Source: Chiloscyllium plagiosum (Eukaryota). Taken from it: a DNA stretch of 64,000 bases. Positions 1 to 13,866 of the stretch are shown here, piece by piece. How positions within the stretch are numbered: the stretch's first letter is position 1; the number at the start of each line of letters is the position of its first letter. The stretch is taken from contig NC_057719.1 of the NCBI RefSeq assembly GCF_004010195.1, positions 81,196,682 to 81,260,681 on the forward strand, read 5' to 3'. The position numbers and the translations under genes are program-made. Under the pieces are notes generated by a model that ran no database searches, had not been told where the DNA came from, and saw only the letters and a program-made list of their open reading frames with translations.

Positions 1-1252
1 ATTTCTTGTTTGTTTTTAAAGAAAAAAGAACCCTAGTCTGTTTAGTCTTTGGAGAAACTTATACCCTCTCATCTTTGTAATTATTCTAGTTAATATTGTT
101 CTACTTTGGTATCAGATGACCGGAGTCCAGTTTTTAAGCGAAATGTCTAGCTATTTCTACACATGATTGATCTGTTTTAGTAAAGATAAAAGTGACTCTT
201 TGCACATTATCAGGCTTCTTGTAGTCTAAAAGTATGAGATGTTTGGGTTTCAATTGAATCTTCACTAAAGGGAAAGACTACATCCCAGTTCTTGGCTACT
301 TACTTCTCCAAACCCAAATATGCATATGTACAGAATGTCTCAATCGTATTGTTTTCACTAAGATTCTAATCCTTATTTTGAAATCTCCCTGCACACTTGC
401 AATTTCCCCCAACCATAACTAAACACACAACCTATAGTAAAGGAGAGGGCTTTTTGGTCTATGTCAACACTTTAAGAAAACCATTGCATTAGCTTAACTA
501 CATTGCTCTTTCCCCATAGCTCCACCAATTTTAATTTCAAGTAAATATCTATGGCAGTTTGAAAACTGTTCCTGAATAAGCTTCATCTACTACTTTATGC
601 AGTGCATGCCAGGTAATAACGTGCATCCATTGCTCTTTCAATATTATTTGCATGTACATTTCATCCTACTATCAGTGCCAGTGTTTCACCCAAAGCTCCC
701 ATCCTTCAGAAACATATTCCCATATCCCTAGTGTTGCCACTTGTCCTTCGTTACCAAAAGCCTACAAAAACGTCATCGTTCAACCATGTTTTTCTTTCTA
801 ACTTTGTTGGCATCTATTTTTCTTATTTAATATTCTCTCTTTTCTACCCTGTTAGTGATACTGTAGAAATATGAAGTCTTGAAGGTGAAGAACCCTACTA
901 ATTGATTTTTGACCTTGCCTCAGGATAAAATTTCTTTTTTTACAGTCATGATGATCATCTTCTAAAAATACTGTAACTTGCAATCACAACAGTATCAAGT
1001 TCTTACAAACAAAAACAGAAATTGCTACCAAAGCTCTCATCTGGCATGTCTGGCAGTATCTGTAGGGGGAAAGCAGAATTAATGTTTCAAGTCTGCTTGA
1101 CTCTTCATCAGGACAGCTCGGAAAAAGTGGTATTTATGCTAAAGTTGAGGTTATGGAGGTTGGGGAGAGAGATGGGTGAATAGATGGAGATGGAGCCCAG
1201 AAAGGGAGAGATATGAAAGGGGTCGATAGATGAAGAAATGTCCCAAAACATT

Positions 1253-1742
1253 AGGATGTTGTGAAACTTGAAAGGGTTCAGAAAAGATTTACAAGGATGT
1301 TGCCAGGGTTGGAGGGTTTGAGCTACAGGGAGAGGCTGAATAGGTTGGGACTGTTTTCCCTGTAGCATCAGACGTTTATAGAGGTTTATGAAATCATGGG
1401 GGCATGGATCAGGTAAATAGACAATGTCTTTTCCCTGTGTTGGGGGAGTCCAGAACTAGAGGGCATAAGTTTAGGGAGAGAGGGGAAAGATTTAAAAGGG
1501 ACCAAAGGACAACTTTTTCATGCAAAGAGTAGTGCATGTATGGAATGAACTATCAGAGGAAGTGGTAGAGGCTGGTACAATTACGACATTTAAAAGGCAT
1601 CTGGATGGGTACATGAATAGGAAGGGTTTAGAGGGATACAGGCCAAGTGCTGGCAAATGAGGCTAGATTAGGTTGGGATATCTAGCCACCATGGACGAGT
1701 TGGACTGAAGGGTATGTTTCCGTGCTGTACATCTCTATGACT
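1253..1742 (+). mobile_element. CR1-clade (HER1-like) LINE 3' fragment
   Basis: ORF2 C-terminus (LERVQKRFTRMLPG...) and 3' tail CTCTATGACT. Confidence 0.92.
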
Positions 1743-2591
1743 ATTAAGTGGTTTCTCTTCACAGATGCTGCCAGACCTGCTGAGCATTTCCAGCAATGTC
1801 TGTTTTTGTTGTAGACAGATAAGAGGATACGCCAGGACAGAAGAGAAACAGACTTTTTTAAAATTCTTTACTCACTAGCTCAGCCCATTCAGAATTACTA
1901 AGAGTTAAGAGTCAACCACATTGCTGTGGGTCTGGAATCACATGGAGATCAGATCAGGTAAAGGACATTAGTGAACCAGACAGGTTTTCCAGCAATTGAC
2001 AATGGCTTCATGGCCGTTATAAGACTTTTAATTCCAGGTTTTTACTGAATTTTTACTATCTTCCACAGAAGGACTCGAACCCGGGTCTCTAGATTAATAG
2101 TCAAGTGACTGTACCATGAGGCCATCATCTCCCCATTAGGAGAAAATGGGTAGATTGTGATGAAGAAAGCAACACATGCAACGTGATTATAGGCCTGAGA
2201 ATAGGTGAGAACCAGGGCCGATTATCACAGTAAATGGATTGCTTTCAGCACAGTCTACCCATTGTCTCCACTCTCAGCTGTCATTATCATTTATTTAGCT
2301 TCTCTTCTATCCTGGCCTATTATCAATAACTCCCTCATCTGCCAACCCTTTCATATTTCTCTCTCTGGGATTCATGTCCCCTTGTTCGCTCACCTCTCTT
2401 CCTCCCTCCCCAGCCTCCACTTCAGCATGAGTACCACCTTTTCGTAGCTGCTTTCAGTTCTGATGAAGAAAGTCACATTAACGCTGCTTTCTCCCTACAA
2501 CTGCTACCAGACCAAACAGTTCCACCAACAATTTCTGTTTTTGTATCAGATCTCCAGCATTCACAATTCTTTATTTTTCTGAATTTCTTAC

Positions 2592-2685
2592 AGGACTGGG
2601 CGGTTCTTTGGTCTGGCTTCTCAAGCTATGGATGCTGCCAATTTCAGTCTGGGAACTGGAGTGTGACAAGCCTTCAAAGTAAGGT
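2592..2685 (-). CDS. PACS2: PACS2 coding exon 10, 94 bp
   Basis: tttgcAG / GTaaga; encodes (K)[31 protein letters not shown]. Confidence 0.95.
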
Positions 2686-3547
2686 CTGCAAAACAACAAC
2701 AAAATAAGATTAGACATTGGATGAAGATAATGAGGCACTTGCGATGCAATTCTAATATCATGAGATAGAATTACATTCAAAAGCAGAGGGCCTTCCTCAG
2801 ACTTACAAAATGAAGACCAGTGAACTACAAGTTTACAATCTAATCAACATCTTATAATTCTCTAGAATTGTCATGCCTTGTAAAGCTATGTTAACACTGT
2901 GGGATCTTTTACATTCAACTCAACAGCAGACACGTGCAAGATAGCATTTGACAGTACAAAATTCTCAGTAAGTCACCATCATGCTAACATCCATTATTTG
3001 TACTTCTGTGTCAATGCAAGTGCTGAAGATACATCCTTTAATCTTCTCTCACCTCACTGTCCAAGGCTCCAAATGCTCTTTCCATGTAAAACATTGATTT
3101 AAGTACACATCTTAAAATTTAGCCTACTGTATTTGCTCAATATTGTATGTTGTAGAATGGGGAGATCAGACACTGACTTCTGGCCTATTCAAAGGATCCC
3201 CAATCAATTCGCAAGCATAACCCCAAGCTAACAATCATCTGTCATTCTAATTATCAACCTTGCTCACTTGTCGATCTCTCTGCCCTTAGCTTGCTGCAGT
3301 GCTCCAATAAAACTGGATGAGGAAAAGCACCTCATCTTTTGACAAGATGCATTACAGATGTCTGGAATAAACTCTAAATTCGACAATTTCAGACTGCAAA
3401 CTGTCCTTCTCTCAGTTTTATTCTTCTTTTCACTTTTTTGGCAGAAGCTACTTAGCAGTCTTCCATCCACAACTCCTCCAGATACATCATTACTTTGCTT
3501 CATTACTTATTTCATTACCATTCCATTTGGCCCTGGACCAATTATTT

Positions 3548-4195
3548 GGCTGTGGCATAGTGGTAATGGGCTATTAATATATTAGAATCCCTACAGTTTG
3601 GAAACAGGCCCTTCGGCCCAACAAGTCCACACCGACCCACTGAAGAGTCTCCCACCCAGACCCATTCCCCTACATTTACCCCGGACTCATGCACCTAACC
3701 TACACATCCCTAAACCCTATGGGCATTTAGCACGGCCAATTCACCGAACCTGCACATCTTTGGATTGTGGGAGGAAACCGGAGCACCCAGACGAAACCCA
3801 CGCAAACAAGGGGAGAATGTGCAAACTCCACACAGACAGTCGCCGGAGGCTGGAATCGAACCCGGGTACCTAAAGCTGTGAGTCAGCAGTGCTAACCACT
3901 GTGCCACCCCCTGGCTAATGTTCCAGGGACATGAATTCAAATCCCACCACAGCAGACTGTGAAATCTGAATTCAATAACAACCTGCAGCTAAAAGCTAAT
4001 ATAATGGTGTCCATGTAAAAACCCATCTGGCTCACTAATGTCCTCAGGAAAGGGAGTCTGCTGTCCTTACCGGATCTGACTTCCATGTGACTCCAGAGCC
4101 ATAGCAAAGTAGTTGGGTCTTGACTGCCCCCTGGGCAATTAGGCCTGGACAATAAATGCTGGTCTAGTCAGCAATGCCCACATCCGATTCACAAA
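3548..4195 (+). mobile_element. Older SINE (SacSINE1/DeuSINE-like) split by the HE1 copy
   Basis: A box before and B box (AATTCAAATCC) after the HE1; CATCTGGCTCACTAATGTCCT core; a related inverted copy lies at about 1860-2125. Confidence 0.55.
3583..3910 (-). mobile_element. HE1-like tRNA-derived SINE
   Basis: Minus-strand A box (GTGGCACAGTGG) and B box (GGTTCGATTCC); CR1-like tail. Confidence 0.9.
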
Positions 4196-4819
4196 TAACA
4201 CAATCGTCCCATCACCTATCCTGTCACAGACCTTTACTTCTGTTTATTTTCTGAAACACTCACCTCTTTGGCATGCTAAAAACCATTTCTGATTCGCCCG
4301 GTTCTGTTGAAAGATCATCAACTGGTAATGTTAACTTCATCTCTCTTCAGATGCTCCCTGGTTTCCTGAACATTTCCCACATTTTTGCTTTTATTTCCGA
4401 TTTCCAGCTTTTGGAGTATTATGCATTTATATTAGTAAGTCCATAAGACCATAAGAAATTGGAAGAGTTGGCCATTCAGCTTCTTGAGCCAGCTCTGCCT
4501 TTCAATAGGACATATATCAGTTTATTGCATTATTTGGTAGTGGCCAGTGTTATAGCTGGACTGGCGCAGCTTGGCTCGGGGAGTGGTGATTCTGAAGTTG
4601 AGGCCTTCAGTACAATTGCTGGAATGTTGCGAGAGTCAATAGATTTTATGCTATGCAATACTTTTAGTCATTTTTTGAGGTCGCATGGAATAAATCAACT
4701 TCACTGTGATGCTGGGGACCTCAGAAGGAGGCACTGATGAATCACCCCCTCAGCACATCTAGTTGACGATAGTTGAAATTTTATTAACTAGATATGCTGG
4801 GCTTCGACATTATTGAGGA

Positions 4820-6394
4820 GTGAGGGACCAGCTGCCGGATTTCCAACAGTGTACTATTTTCAACTGTACTTAATTAGCTGCAAAGTGTTTTGAGGAGCTT
4901 ATAAAAAGCACTATTGTGATGAAAGCTAGTTTACACATGCGATTAATTCTACTTTTAAAAAGAAAGAGTTTAGACTTACAGTTAATGGTATGCAGATGTT
5001 GGCCTATTTTTTGAAGGGGTTTTAAAATTAACGAGGTCATTGCCTCTGGAACAATTATTTTCAACCAATATGGGTCGACTGGAAGTTTGTTTATATTGTG
5101 CTGGTCTCCAAATGAGAAAGCATTGAAAGATATCAACTTGCTTTTAGCTTACAAATAAGAATTTTAGCTTGGAAAAATCCAGAGATGAGAAAACTTTCAG
5201 GCAGTTCAAAGAGACCTTGACTTAAATCAGATGCAAGTATAGTCTCTTCTAGATAAAGGTGATTGTTTAGAACAGTTATGTTAGCTCAGTGAAAGAGTGC
5301 ACTTTGTAAATGTTCTGAGGAAGAGTGTTTGGTTGGAAATCTACATTGGTTATTCACAGCTTACAAAGTCTAAGGTCTCACTTGCGTGAGGATTCCAATA
5401 AAACGTTTTAGTGCTCGCACGACTGATAGGTGCGATGAAGTTGAAGGCGTGTACTGTACCTTTAAGAGAGAGTGAATGCTGTTCTGAATGACAGATTACA
5501 AGCACCTGGGTATATGACTGGATTGCAGTCCCAGAGTGTACTGGAAAACTGAAAAAATGTAACATTTGGCTGTGAAATGGATACCTGAGTTTTGGTTGCT
5601 GTTTTAACAAGAATTCAAATTTAACCAGTTTAAATTTTGCCCCAGGATATTAAAACGAGTTTGAATTTATTGTTTTGCCAACATCAAACCAATGAGACAG
5701 ACAATCTGATGTCGGGCGGATCTAACTGCCAATCTAACATCTTGCTCTCAAAGAAATTACAAACACTCTCTATCAAAGGTACCTTTTCATGTGAAACATA
5801 TTTGCAGGAAAAAGACCATCCCAGGGAGATCAGCAGTCAGAGGAGTGAAGACACAGAAAACGACAGAGACTGTGTGGTTTTGAGATTAACTTAGTGTAAT
5901 TTTAATAAGTGTCTTACTGGAACAGCATTTTTTAAATATAGAGTTGGAGTCTGGTTAAAAAGAAGGGAGGGCTTGGATTTGTGAATAGTTGTTTTGTTAT
6001 TTAATGTTCACTATTAGAGTTAGAAAAAAATTGTTATTCTTTTTAAATAGTGGAATTTGGGAGTTCTCTGTCATTCATATTTTCACAAATTATGAGACGA
6101 GGTGAGGCTTTCTGAGTGCTTGGTTTAATTAAGAGGGGTTCAACCACCACTTCGTAACATAGGGAAAGGAATTTTTTTTAATTTTTTGAGTAGGTGTGAA
6201 GTGATGGTGTTTGAGAATATATGTGATTATGTTTTGCCATACATTCTGATATTTATGTATCACCATTTGAAAGCTATCTGGGTTTGGATTTCTTTTATGT
6301 TAATGCTTGAGTGAAAGGCTGCCATATGAAACAAAAGTCCATTTCGTTCTGGGATCCGACTTATCCAGTAGAAACATCAGCTGGCATCACCACA
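4820..6394. mobile_element. Possible older solo LTR hosting the 5431-6159 LTR
   Basis: Ends ...CAGCTGGCATCACCACA with CCAGCTG mirrored near 4828; no clear TSD. Confidence 0.35.
5431..6159 (+). mobile_element. Solo LTR (729 bp), probably Gypsy-type
   Basis: TGCGATGAAG...CTTCGTAACA imperfect inverted termini; TAGG TSD at 5427-5430 and 6160-6163; related partial copy at 21722-22070; orientation inferred. Confidence 0.8.
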
Positions 6395-6605
6395 TTGTAC
6401 AAATGTAATCTTCTGTTTTTTCAATGAAATTATATTTTGAAAATAAATATTTCCAATACAGAAACATTTTGTATTCGAGTATTCAAGCGACGAGTATTTC
6501 TACAGTATAGTTGGGACTCAGACCTGCTGAATAAGCACCAACTATTTATAATCTGCAAGCAGGGTAACATTACAAAGTATAATGTGAGACAAATGTCCTT
6601 CATAC

Positions 6606-6763
6606 TTGAGCTTTGGTTTTGGAGTACTGAGGACACTGTCATCATCGTCCATGTCGGGGCCACTGTCACTGGGATTTTCCACATCCAAGCTGTCGTACAA
6701 CAGGTCTAGGTCCTCCTCCACTTCTTGCACATTGTCTGTGGGATCCTGCTCCGAGTCAAGGAC
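6606..6763 (-). CDS. PACS2: PACS2 coding exon 9, 158 bp
   Basis: ttgtAG / GTatga; encodes [52 protein letters not shown], phase-2 end. Confidence 0.96.
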
Positions 6764-7171
6764 CTACAACAAATTTACAAAAATATTTCATTAATGCCTT
6801 GCTCCAACCATCGTTTGCACATTTCTCTTTATCTTGATTGGTGAGTACAAGCAAAGTGCATTTTAAAAAGTGGATTTGTTCAACCTAGGTCAGAAAAAGC
6901 TGGGAAAAGAATCTAATCAGTCAAACTGTGGAATATTAAGAGTATCAAATACATGTGATTCTGCTAGGATGTACAGAAACGTCAAATATAAACAGGAACC
7001 AACTGGTCTTGACTTTCACCTCCACCTCCAACACCCAACAAATAATTCACCAACCTCTTGAGTAGCAATGTACTTTTGGTTTTGATTTATCATAATACAA
7101 TTACTTTATACTATAAGCATATTACATAATTTTGCACCCCACATTAAAAATAAAAACTCCAATCAGCGTAC

Positions 7172-7231
7172 CTCATCTGAAACCTTGAACCGTCTCAGTA
7201 GGGCAACTACTTTCTGCTTGAAGTTCTGTTG
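7172..7231 (-). CDS. PACS2: PACS2 coding exon 8, 60 bp
   Basis: ttccAG / GTacgc; encodes QQNFKQKVVALLRRFKVSDE. Confidence 0.95.
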
Positions 7232-8123
7232 CTGGAAGGAAAAACAATTTGAACAATTAAGCCTCCAAAAATTAGTGAGTGAAGCAACCATGGACAGAGC
7301 AATACAAACTCATGTAAGTTACCAACCACCTAAGTTTATGTTTATGCAGATGACCATAATGCATAATTCATAATAGTAAGGTAGATCAATAATTTCACTT
7401 AGAGCCCACAGGATGTGTAGAATGGGAATTATAAATCACTTTGGAGGAACATTAGAGAGAACTTCACCTCAAAGACCACGTACATTACTTCTTGCGTTTT
7501 TTTTTATTGTGGATCAAGATGGGAGAAGAACAGTTTTAAAAGCCACAGATTACTGAAGGATTACTTCAATCCTTCAGGATTTTCAAAGCAAGTAACCTGA
7601 CAATCATCATAAGCACAGTTTACACAGCTGCTTGTTCAAGCAGTAGCTGAAGTGTAGTTTGCAGATGAGTTGAAGCAGAAAGGTGTGTATTAATGGAGAC
7701 TGAGCCAACTACAAATAGCGGATTGGTCTGTGTCCAATTGACCAACTTTTGATGACAAAGGCCTTCTGCCTGCTAACAACTGCGTGATTGGTTTTCAGGT
7801 AGCTGAACAGTAGAGAGAAACATCAGCTCGGGAGCTTACTGTTCTCTGCAGTAAAAGCTTAAAGAAAACCAGCTAATGTTTCCTTCAGTTGTTGTAAGCT
7901 GGGACTTTTAATTAAAAAGTCAGATAATTATGAACCAGCCACAACTGTGCATTTGCAAATCAGGAAAAGCATCTGGAGAAGGAAGACTAAGTAGCAGCAT
8001 TCAGATCAGCACAAGAACCATCTCAGCAGATCCTATGAACAATGGCCAATGAAATGCTTGCCCCGTTTTCCTTCCATCCATAACATTTTTTTTCTGTGTG
8101 TAGGGTCATGCACCCACATGTGC

Positions 8124-8231
8124 GAGAGAGAGAGAGAGAGACANNNNNNNNNNNNNNNNNNNNNNNNNNNAGACAGAGAGAGAGAGAGACAGACAGAGAG
8201 AGACAGACAGAGAGAGAGACAGAGACAGAGA
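8124..8231. repeat. (GA)n/(GACA)n microsatellite with N-gap 8144-8170
   Basis: Directly visible. Confidence 0.95.
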
Positions 8232-8693
8232 ATCACCTGTAATAAATAAGTTTTATTTTAGGTACAGAAGCCTGCTTTGTGCTTGCTGACAGTCTGGATC
8301 TGAAGATTGGATAAATTGGGGAATTCTAAAACTTTTTAAAATCTTTAAATTCAGTGACAACAGCAAGATTTGTTTTCCAGCATACTATCCCAACAAGGTT
8401 TGAAATCAACTTGATGTAACATGCCATTATGCCTTGCCTATTTTGTGTCCACTTTCTTGGGTAATGTGGAACATGATAGTGCTGATGGAGAGAGTCAAAT
8501 TGATCTGGTGGTGGTTGACAGGAAGTATGAATGAATTTTGATGTAATATGATGTGTATACAAATGGACACAGAAGCATGTACACAAACATGCACATCATA
8601 TATATGGATGCACAGGTCATGATGCATAAACATTCATTCTCACAGTCACTTCATGCCTCTAATATCAGCCAAAGGGATATAAATTCCACTAAC

Positions 8694-8774
8694 CCTTGTG
8701 ATTGAGGTTGTTCTTACGATTGTCCGCCTTTGTTTTTTCGGCTTGCCCATATCATATTCATCATCATCCATATC
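8694..8774 (-). CDS. PACS2: PACS2 coding exon 7, 81 bp
   Basis: ttttgAG / GTtagt; encodes [27 protein letters not shown]. Confidence 0.94.
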
Positions 8775-9989
8775 CTCAAAAAGATAAACATAAAATCACT
8801 GTCCTGTGTTTTTCAAGATGCAGTGCATCAAACACATTTCCTCACAAGTGTATTCTCACTTTTCCCTTTCAACATCAGTACTAGACTGACATCATTGCAG
8901 CTTGGTACACTATGAGATTGAACATTCAGGCAGTTTGTACATATTGATGGCTTGTATTTTAAAATGTACTGTGAAACCCCAATCTGATGCTTATAGATAT
9001 TTTCAGTCAACTTGTTCAGCAATATCATGACACACCTCTGCAGCAGGCTGGACGGGAACCAGCACCTTTTGGTCCAGAGGTAACATTATCACTGCACCAC
9101 AACAGCACTTTCTTGATGCTTACATTCTTAATATGCGACCACATCTAAGTTCAATGACACTTAGTTGTATTTCCTGATTAATTTTGAGTTCATTATCGGC
9201 AATAAGGAATAGAAATAATTTGATATTTTCTTTAAAGGACAATCACAAAGGTGATGGGCTAAACAGCCTCCTTCTGTGTTTTATGTTTCATTAGTGATAT
9301 TTGAGGTTAGAGATGCCAATACTGGGAACGGAACAATTAGTTTTGGTATCGCACTAGACATAAGGCAGTAATAAAGGCTTCTCTGTTCAGCACCAAACTT
9401 AAATGGCAATGCTTGTCACACTTACAGCCAACTTTTGTCTTGTATTTTTACTTCATACACAGCTTCCAACTTAATCATGTGCTTTCAAAAAAATTTGTTC
9501 TAAGCATTAGTAGGATTACAGTACACATGAGAAATTATACCTCCCAATCTCTGTATAATATTGCCTATCTAGTGGGAACCTATGCCTTGTCATGATCTGC
9601 TCACAGTAATTTTATGCACAACTCTTGAAAACCCAGCAAAGAAATGACTTCAGCTTTAGAGTCTGTGGTATATGTGAATGACGGTAGAAAGATATGCACA
9701 TAAGATCATCAAAGCATGCTACTCCCAAACCGTGCACACCTCTTTAAAAAAAACTTACAACCGACCACTCAGAAATCAAGCTGCAAAAATTAGACAAAAG
9801 CACCCGGATTATGCAAGTCAGTTACTATGAAGCACAACTCAAGTCAGCTCTTGCTGTTACTTCCCATACTTGCTATTCCATTGCCGTATTGTTACCCTGC
9901 TCTACAGTGTTCCTGCAAAGCCCTTAATGAATAAACATTGCCAGGTTCATACTTAGTTTCCATTCTGGCATGCCTTTACAAAGCACCTA

Positions 9990-10247
<258 letters not shown>

Positions 10248-10317
10248 TCAAGAGCTTAAGCCAAATCATAGAATCCCTACAGTATGGAAGCTGGCATTCA
10301 ACCCATCAATTCACATC

Positions 10318-13300
10318 GCACAAACAGCCAAGTTTCTGGTATTGAGACTGGTTCTCATGCAATGAGGGGTACGATGGCTTCCAAGAGATCAATTGTGTTA
10401 GGGGATTCTGTAGTCCGAGGTACAGACAGACATTTCTGTGGCCATCAGCGAACACGCAGAATGGTGTGTTGCTTCCCTGGTGCCAGGATCAAGGATGTCT
10501 CAGAGAGGGTGCAGAATGTTCTCACGGGGGAGAGGGGCCAGCAAGAGGTCATTGTCCATTCTGGAACCAACTACTTAGGAAGGGAAAAGGATGAGATTCT
10601 GAACGGAGATTACAGGGAGTTAGGCAGAAATTTAAAAAGGAGGTCCTCACAGATAGTAATATCTGGATTACTCCCAGTGCTATGAGCTAGTGAGGGCAGG
10701 AATAGGAGGATAGAGCGAGTCAAACAGTCAGGGCAGACAGGGACAAGGTAGGACTAATAAATTAAACTGCACTTATTTCAATGCAAGGGGCCCAACAGGG
10801 AAGGCAGATGAACTCAGGGCATAGTTAGGAACATGGGACTGAAATGTCATAGCAATTACAAAAACATGGCTCAGGGATGGGCAGGACTGGCAGCTTAATG
10901 TTCCAGGAAGGATAGAAAGGGAGGCAAGAGAGGAGGGGAAGTGGCATTTTTGATAAGGGATAGCATTACTGCTGTGCTGTGGGAGGATATTCCCAGAAAT
11001 ACATCTAGGGAAGTTATTTGGGTGGAACTGAGAAATAAGAAAGGGATGATGACCTTATTGGAATTTTATTATAGATCCCCTAATAGTCAGAGGAAAATTG
11101 AGAAGCAAACTATTAAGGCAATCTCAGCTATCTGTAAGAATAATAGGGTAGTTATGGTAGGGGATTTTAACTTCCCAAACATAGACTGGGACTGCCATAG
11201 TGTTAAAGGTTTAGATGGAGAGGAATTTGTTAAGTGTGTACAAGAACATTTTCTGATTCAGTATGTGGATGTACCTACTAGAGAAGGTGCAAATCCTCAC
11301 TTACTCTTGGGAAATAAGGCAGGGCAGTTGACTGAGGTGTCAGGGGAACACTTTGGGGCCAGCGACCATAATTCTATTAGATTTAAAGTAGTGATGGAAA
11401 AGGATAGGTCAGATCTAAAAGTTGAAGTTCTAAATTGGAGAAAGGCCAGTTTTGACAGTATTAGGCAAGAGCTTTTGAAAGCTGATTGGGGGCAGATGTT
11501 CGCAGGTAAAGGGACAGCTGGAAAATGGAAAGCCTTCAGAAATGAGATAACAAGAATCCAGAGAAAGTATATTCCTGCTCAGGTGAAAGGGAAGGCTGGT
11601 ACGTACAGAGAATGCTGGATGACTAAAGAAATTGAGGGTCTGGTTAAGAAAAAGGAGGAAGCATATGTAAGGTATAAACAGGATAGATCGAGTGAATCCT
11701 TAGAAGAGTATAAAGGAAGTAGGAGTATACTTAAGAGGGAAATCGGGAGGGCAAAAAGGGGACATGAGATAGCTTTGGCAAATAAAATTAAGGAGAATCC
11801 AAAGGGTTTTTACAAATCCATTAAGGACAAAAGGGTAACTAGGGAGAGAATATGACCCCTCAAAGATCAGCAAGGCGGCCTTTGTGTGAGGCCGCAGAAA
11901 ATGGGGGAGATACTAAATTAGTATTTTGCATCAGTATTTACTGTGGAAAAGGATATGGAAGATATAGACTATGGGGAAATAGATGGTAACATCTTGCAAA
12001 ACGTCCAGATTACAAAGGAGGAAGTACTGGATGTCTCGAAACGGGTAAAGGTGGATAAGTCCCCAGGACCTGATCAGGTGTACTCGAGAACTCTTTGGGA
12101 AGCAAGAGAAGTGATTGCTGGGCCTTTTGCTGAGATATTTGTATCATCGATAGTCACTGGTGAGGTGCCGGAAGACTGGAGGTTGGCAAACTTGGTGCCA
12201 CTGTTTAAGAAGGATGGTAAGGACAAGCTGGGGAACTATAGACCGGTGAGCCTGAACTCGGTGGTGGGCAAGTTGTTGGAGGGAATCCTGAGAGACAGGA
12301 TGTACATGTATTTGGAAAGGCAAGGACTGATTAGGGATAGTCACCATGCTTTTGAGCGTGTGAAATCATGTCTCACAAACTTGATTGAGCTTTTTGAAGA
12401 AGTAACAAAGAGGATTGGTGAAGGCAGACCATAAGATGTAATCTATATGGACTTCAGTAAGGCGTTCGACAAGGTTCCCCATGGGAGACTGATTAGCAAG
12501 GTTAGATCTCACGGAATATAGGGAGAACTAGCCATTTGGATACAGGACTGGCTCAAAGGTAGAAGACAGAGAGTGGTGGTGGTGGAGGGTTGTTTTCCAG
12601 ACTGGAGGCCTGTGGCCAGTGGAGTGCCACAAGGATCGGTGCTGGGTCCTCTACTTTTTGTCATTTACATAAATGATTTGAATGCAAGCATAAGAGGTAG
12701 TTATTAAGTTTGCAGATGACGCCAAAATTGGAGGTGTAGTGGACAGTGAAGAGGGTTACAACGGGATCTCGACCAGATGGGCCAATGGACTGAGAAGTGG
12801 CAGATGGAATTTAATTCAGATAAATGCGAGATGCTGCATTTTGGGAAAGCAAAACTTAGCAGGACTTTTACACTTAATGGCAAGGTCCTAGGGAATGTTG
12901 CTGAACAAAGAGACCTTGGAGTGCAGGTTCAAAGCTCCATGAAAGTGGAGTCGCAGGTAGATAGGATAGTGAAGGCAGCGTTTAGTATGCTTTCTTTTAT
13001 TGGTCAGAGTATTGAGTACAGGAGTTGGGAGGTCTATGTTGCAGCTGTACTGGACATTGGTTAGGCCACTGTAGGAATAGTGCGTGCAATTCTGGTCTCC
13101 GTCCTATCGGAAAGATGTTGTGAAACTTGAAAGGGTTCAGAAAAAATGTACAAGGATGTTGCCAGGGTTGGAGGATTTGAGCTATAGGGAGAGGCTGAAC
13201 AGGCTGGGGCTGTTTTCCCTGGATCGTCGGAGGCTGAGGGGTGACCTTATAGAGGTTTACAAAATTATGAGGGGCATGGATAGGGTAAATAGGCAAAGTA

Positions 13301-13617
13301 TTTTCCATGGGTCAGGGAGTCCAGAACTAGAAGGCATAGGTTTAGGGTGAGAGGGGAAAGATATAAAGGAGACCTAAGGGGCAAGGTTTTTTTTTTTTTT
13401 ACACAGAGTGTGGTACAGGTATGGAATGAACTGCCAGAGAAAGTGGTGGAGGCTGGTACATTTAAGAGGCATTTGGATGGGTATATGAATAGGAAGGGTT
13501 TGGAGGGATATGGGCCAGGTACTGGCAGGTGGGACTAGATTGGGTTGGGATATCTGGTCAGCATGGATGGGTTGGACCGAAAGGCCTGTTTCCATGCTGT
13601 ACATCTCTATGACTCAG
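10318..13617 (+). mobile_element. CR1-clade (HER1-like) LINE, 5'-truncated, decayed
   Basis: ORF1 SGNH-esterase part (VLGDS); ORF2 APE endonuclease (GDFN, SDHN) and RT ([14 protein letters not shown]); 3' tail; interrupts an HE1-like SINE. Confidence 0.95.
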
Positions 13618-13866
13618 AGTCCACACCGACCCTCCAAGGAACATCCCACCCAGACCCACTCCCATACCTATCCCTGTAATTCCCACGGCCAAACCACCCA
13701 ACCTGCACATCTTTGGACAGCAGAAAACCAAAGTATCTGCAGGGAAACCCACACAGACGTGGGGAGAATGCGCAAATGCCACAGGGCCATTCATTTGAGT
13801 ATGGAATTGAACCAGTGTCCCTAGTGATGTGAGACAGCAGTGCTAACTACTGAGCCTCCATGCTTC
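13618..13866 (-). mobile_element. HE1-like SINE (its 3' tail lies at 10266-10317, across the LINE)
   Basis: Similarity to the other HE1 copies in the window. Confidence 0.85.

Noticed and set aside
1..2591. PACS2 exon 11
   Set aside because: No open, splice-bounded segment resembling the next PACS2 peptide was recognised; it is probably outside the window, though a divergent exon could have been missed
3583..3910. tRNA gene
   Set aside because: The A/B boxes belong to a multi-copy SINE head followed by SINE body and tail
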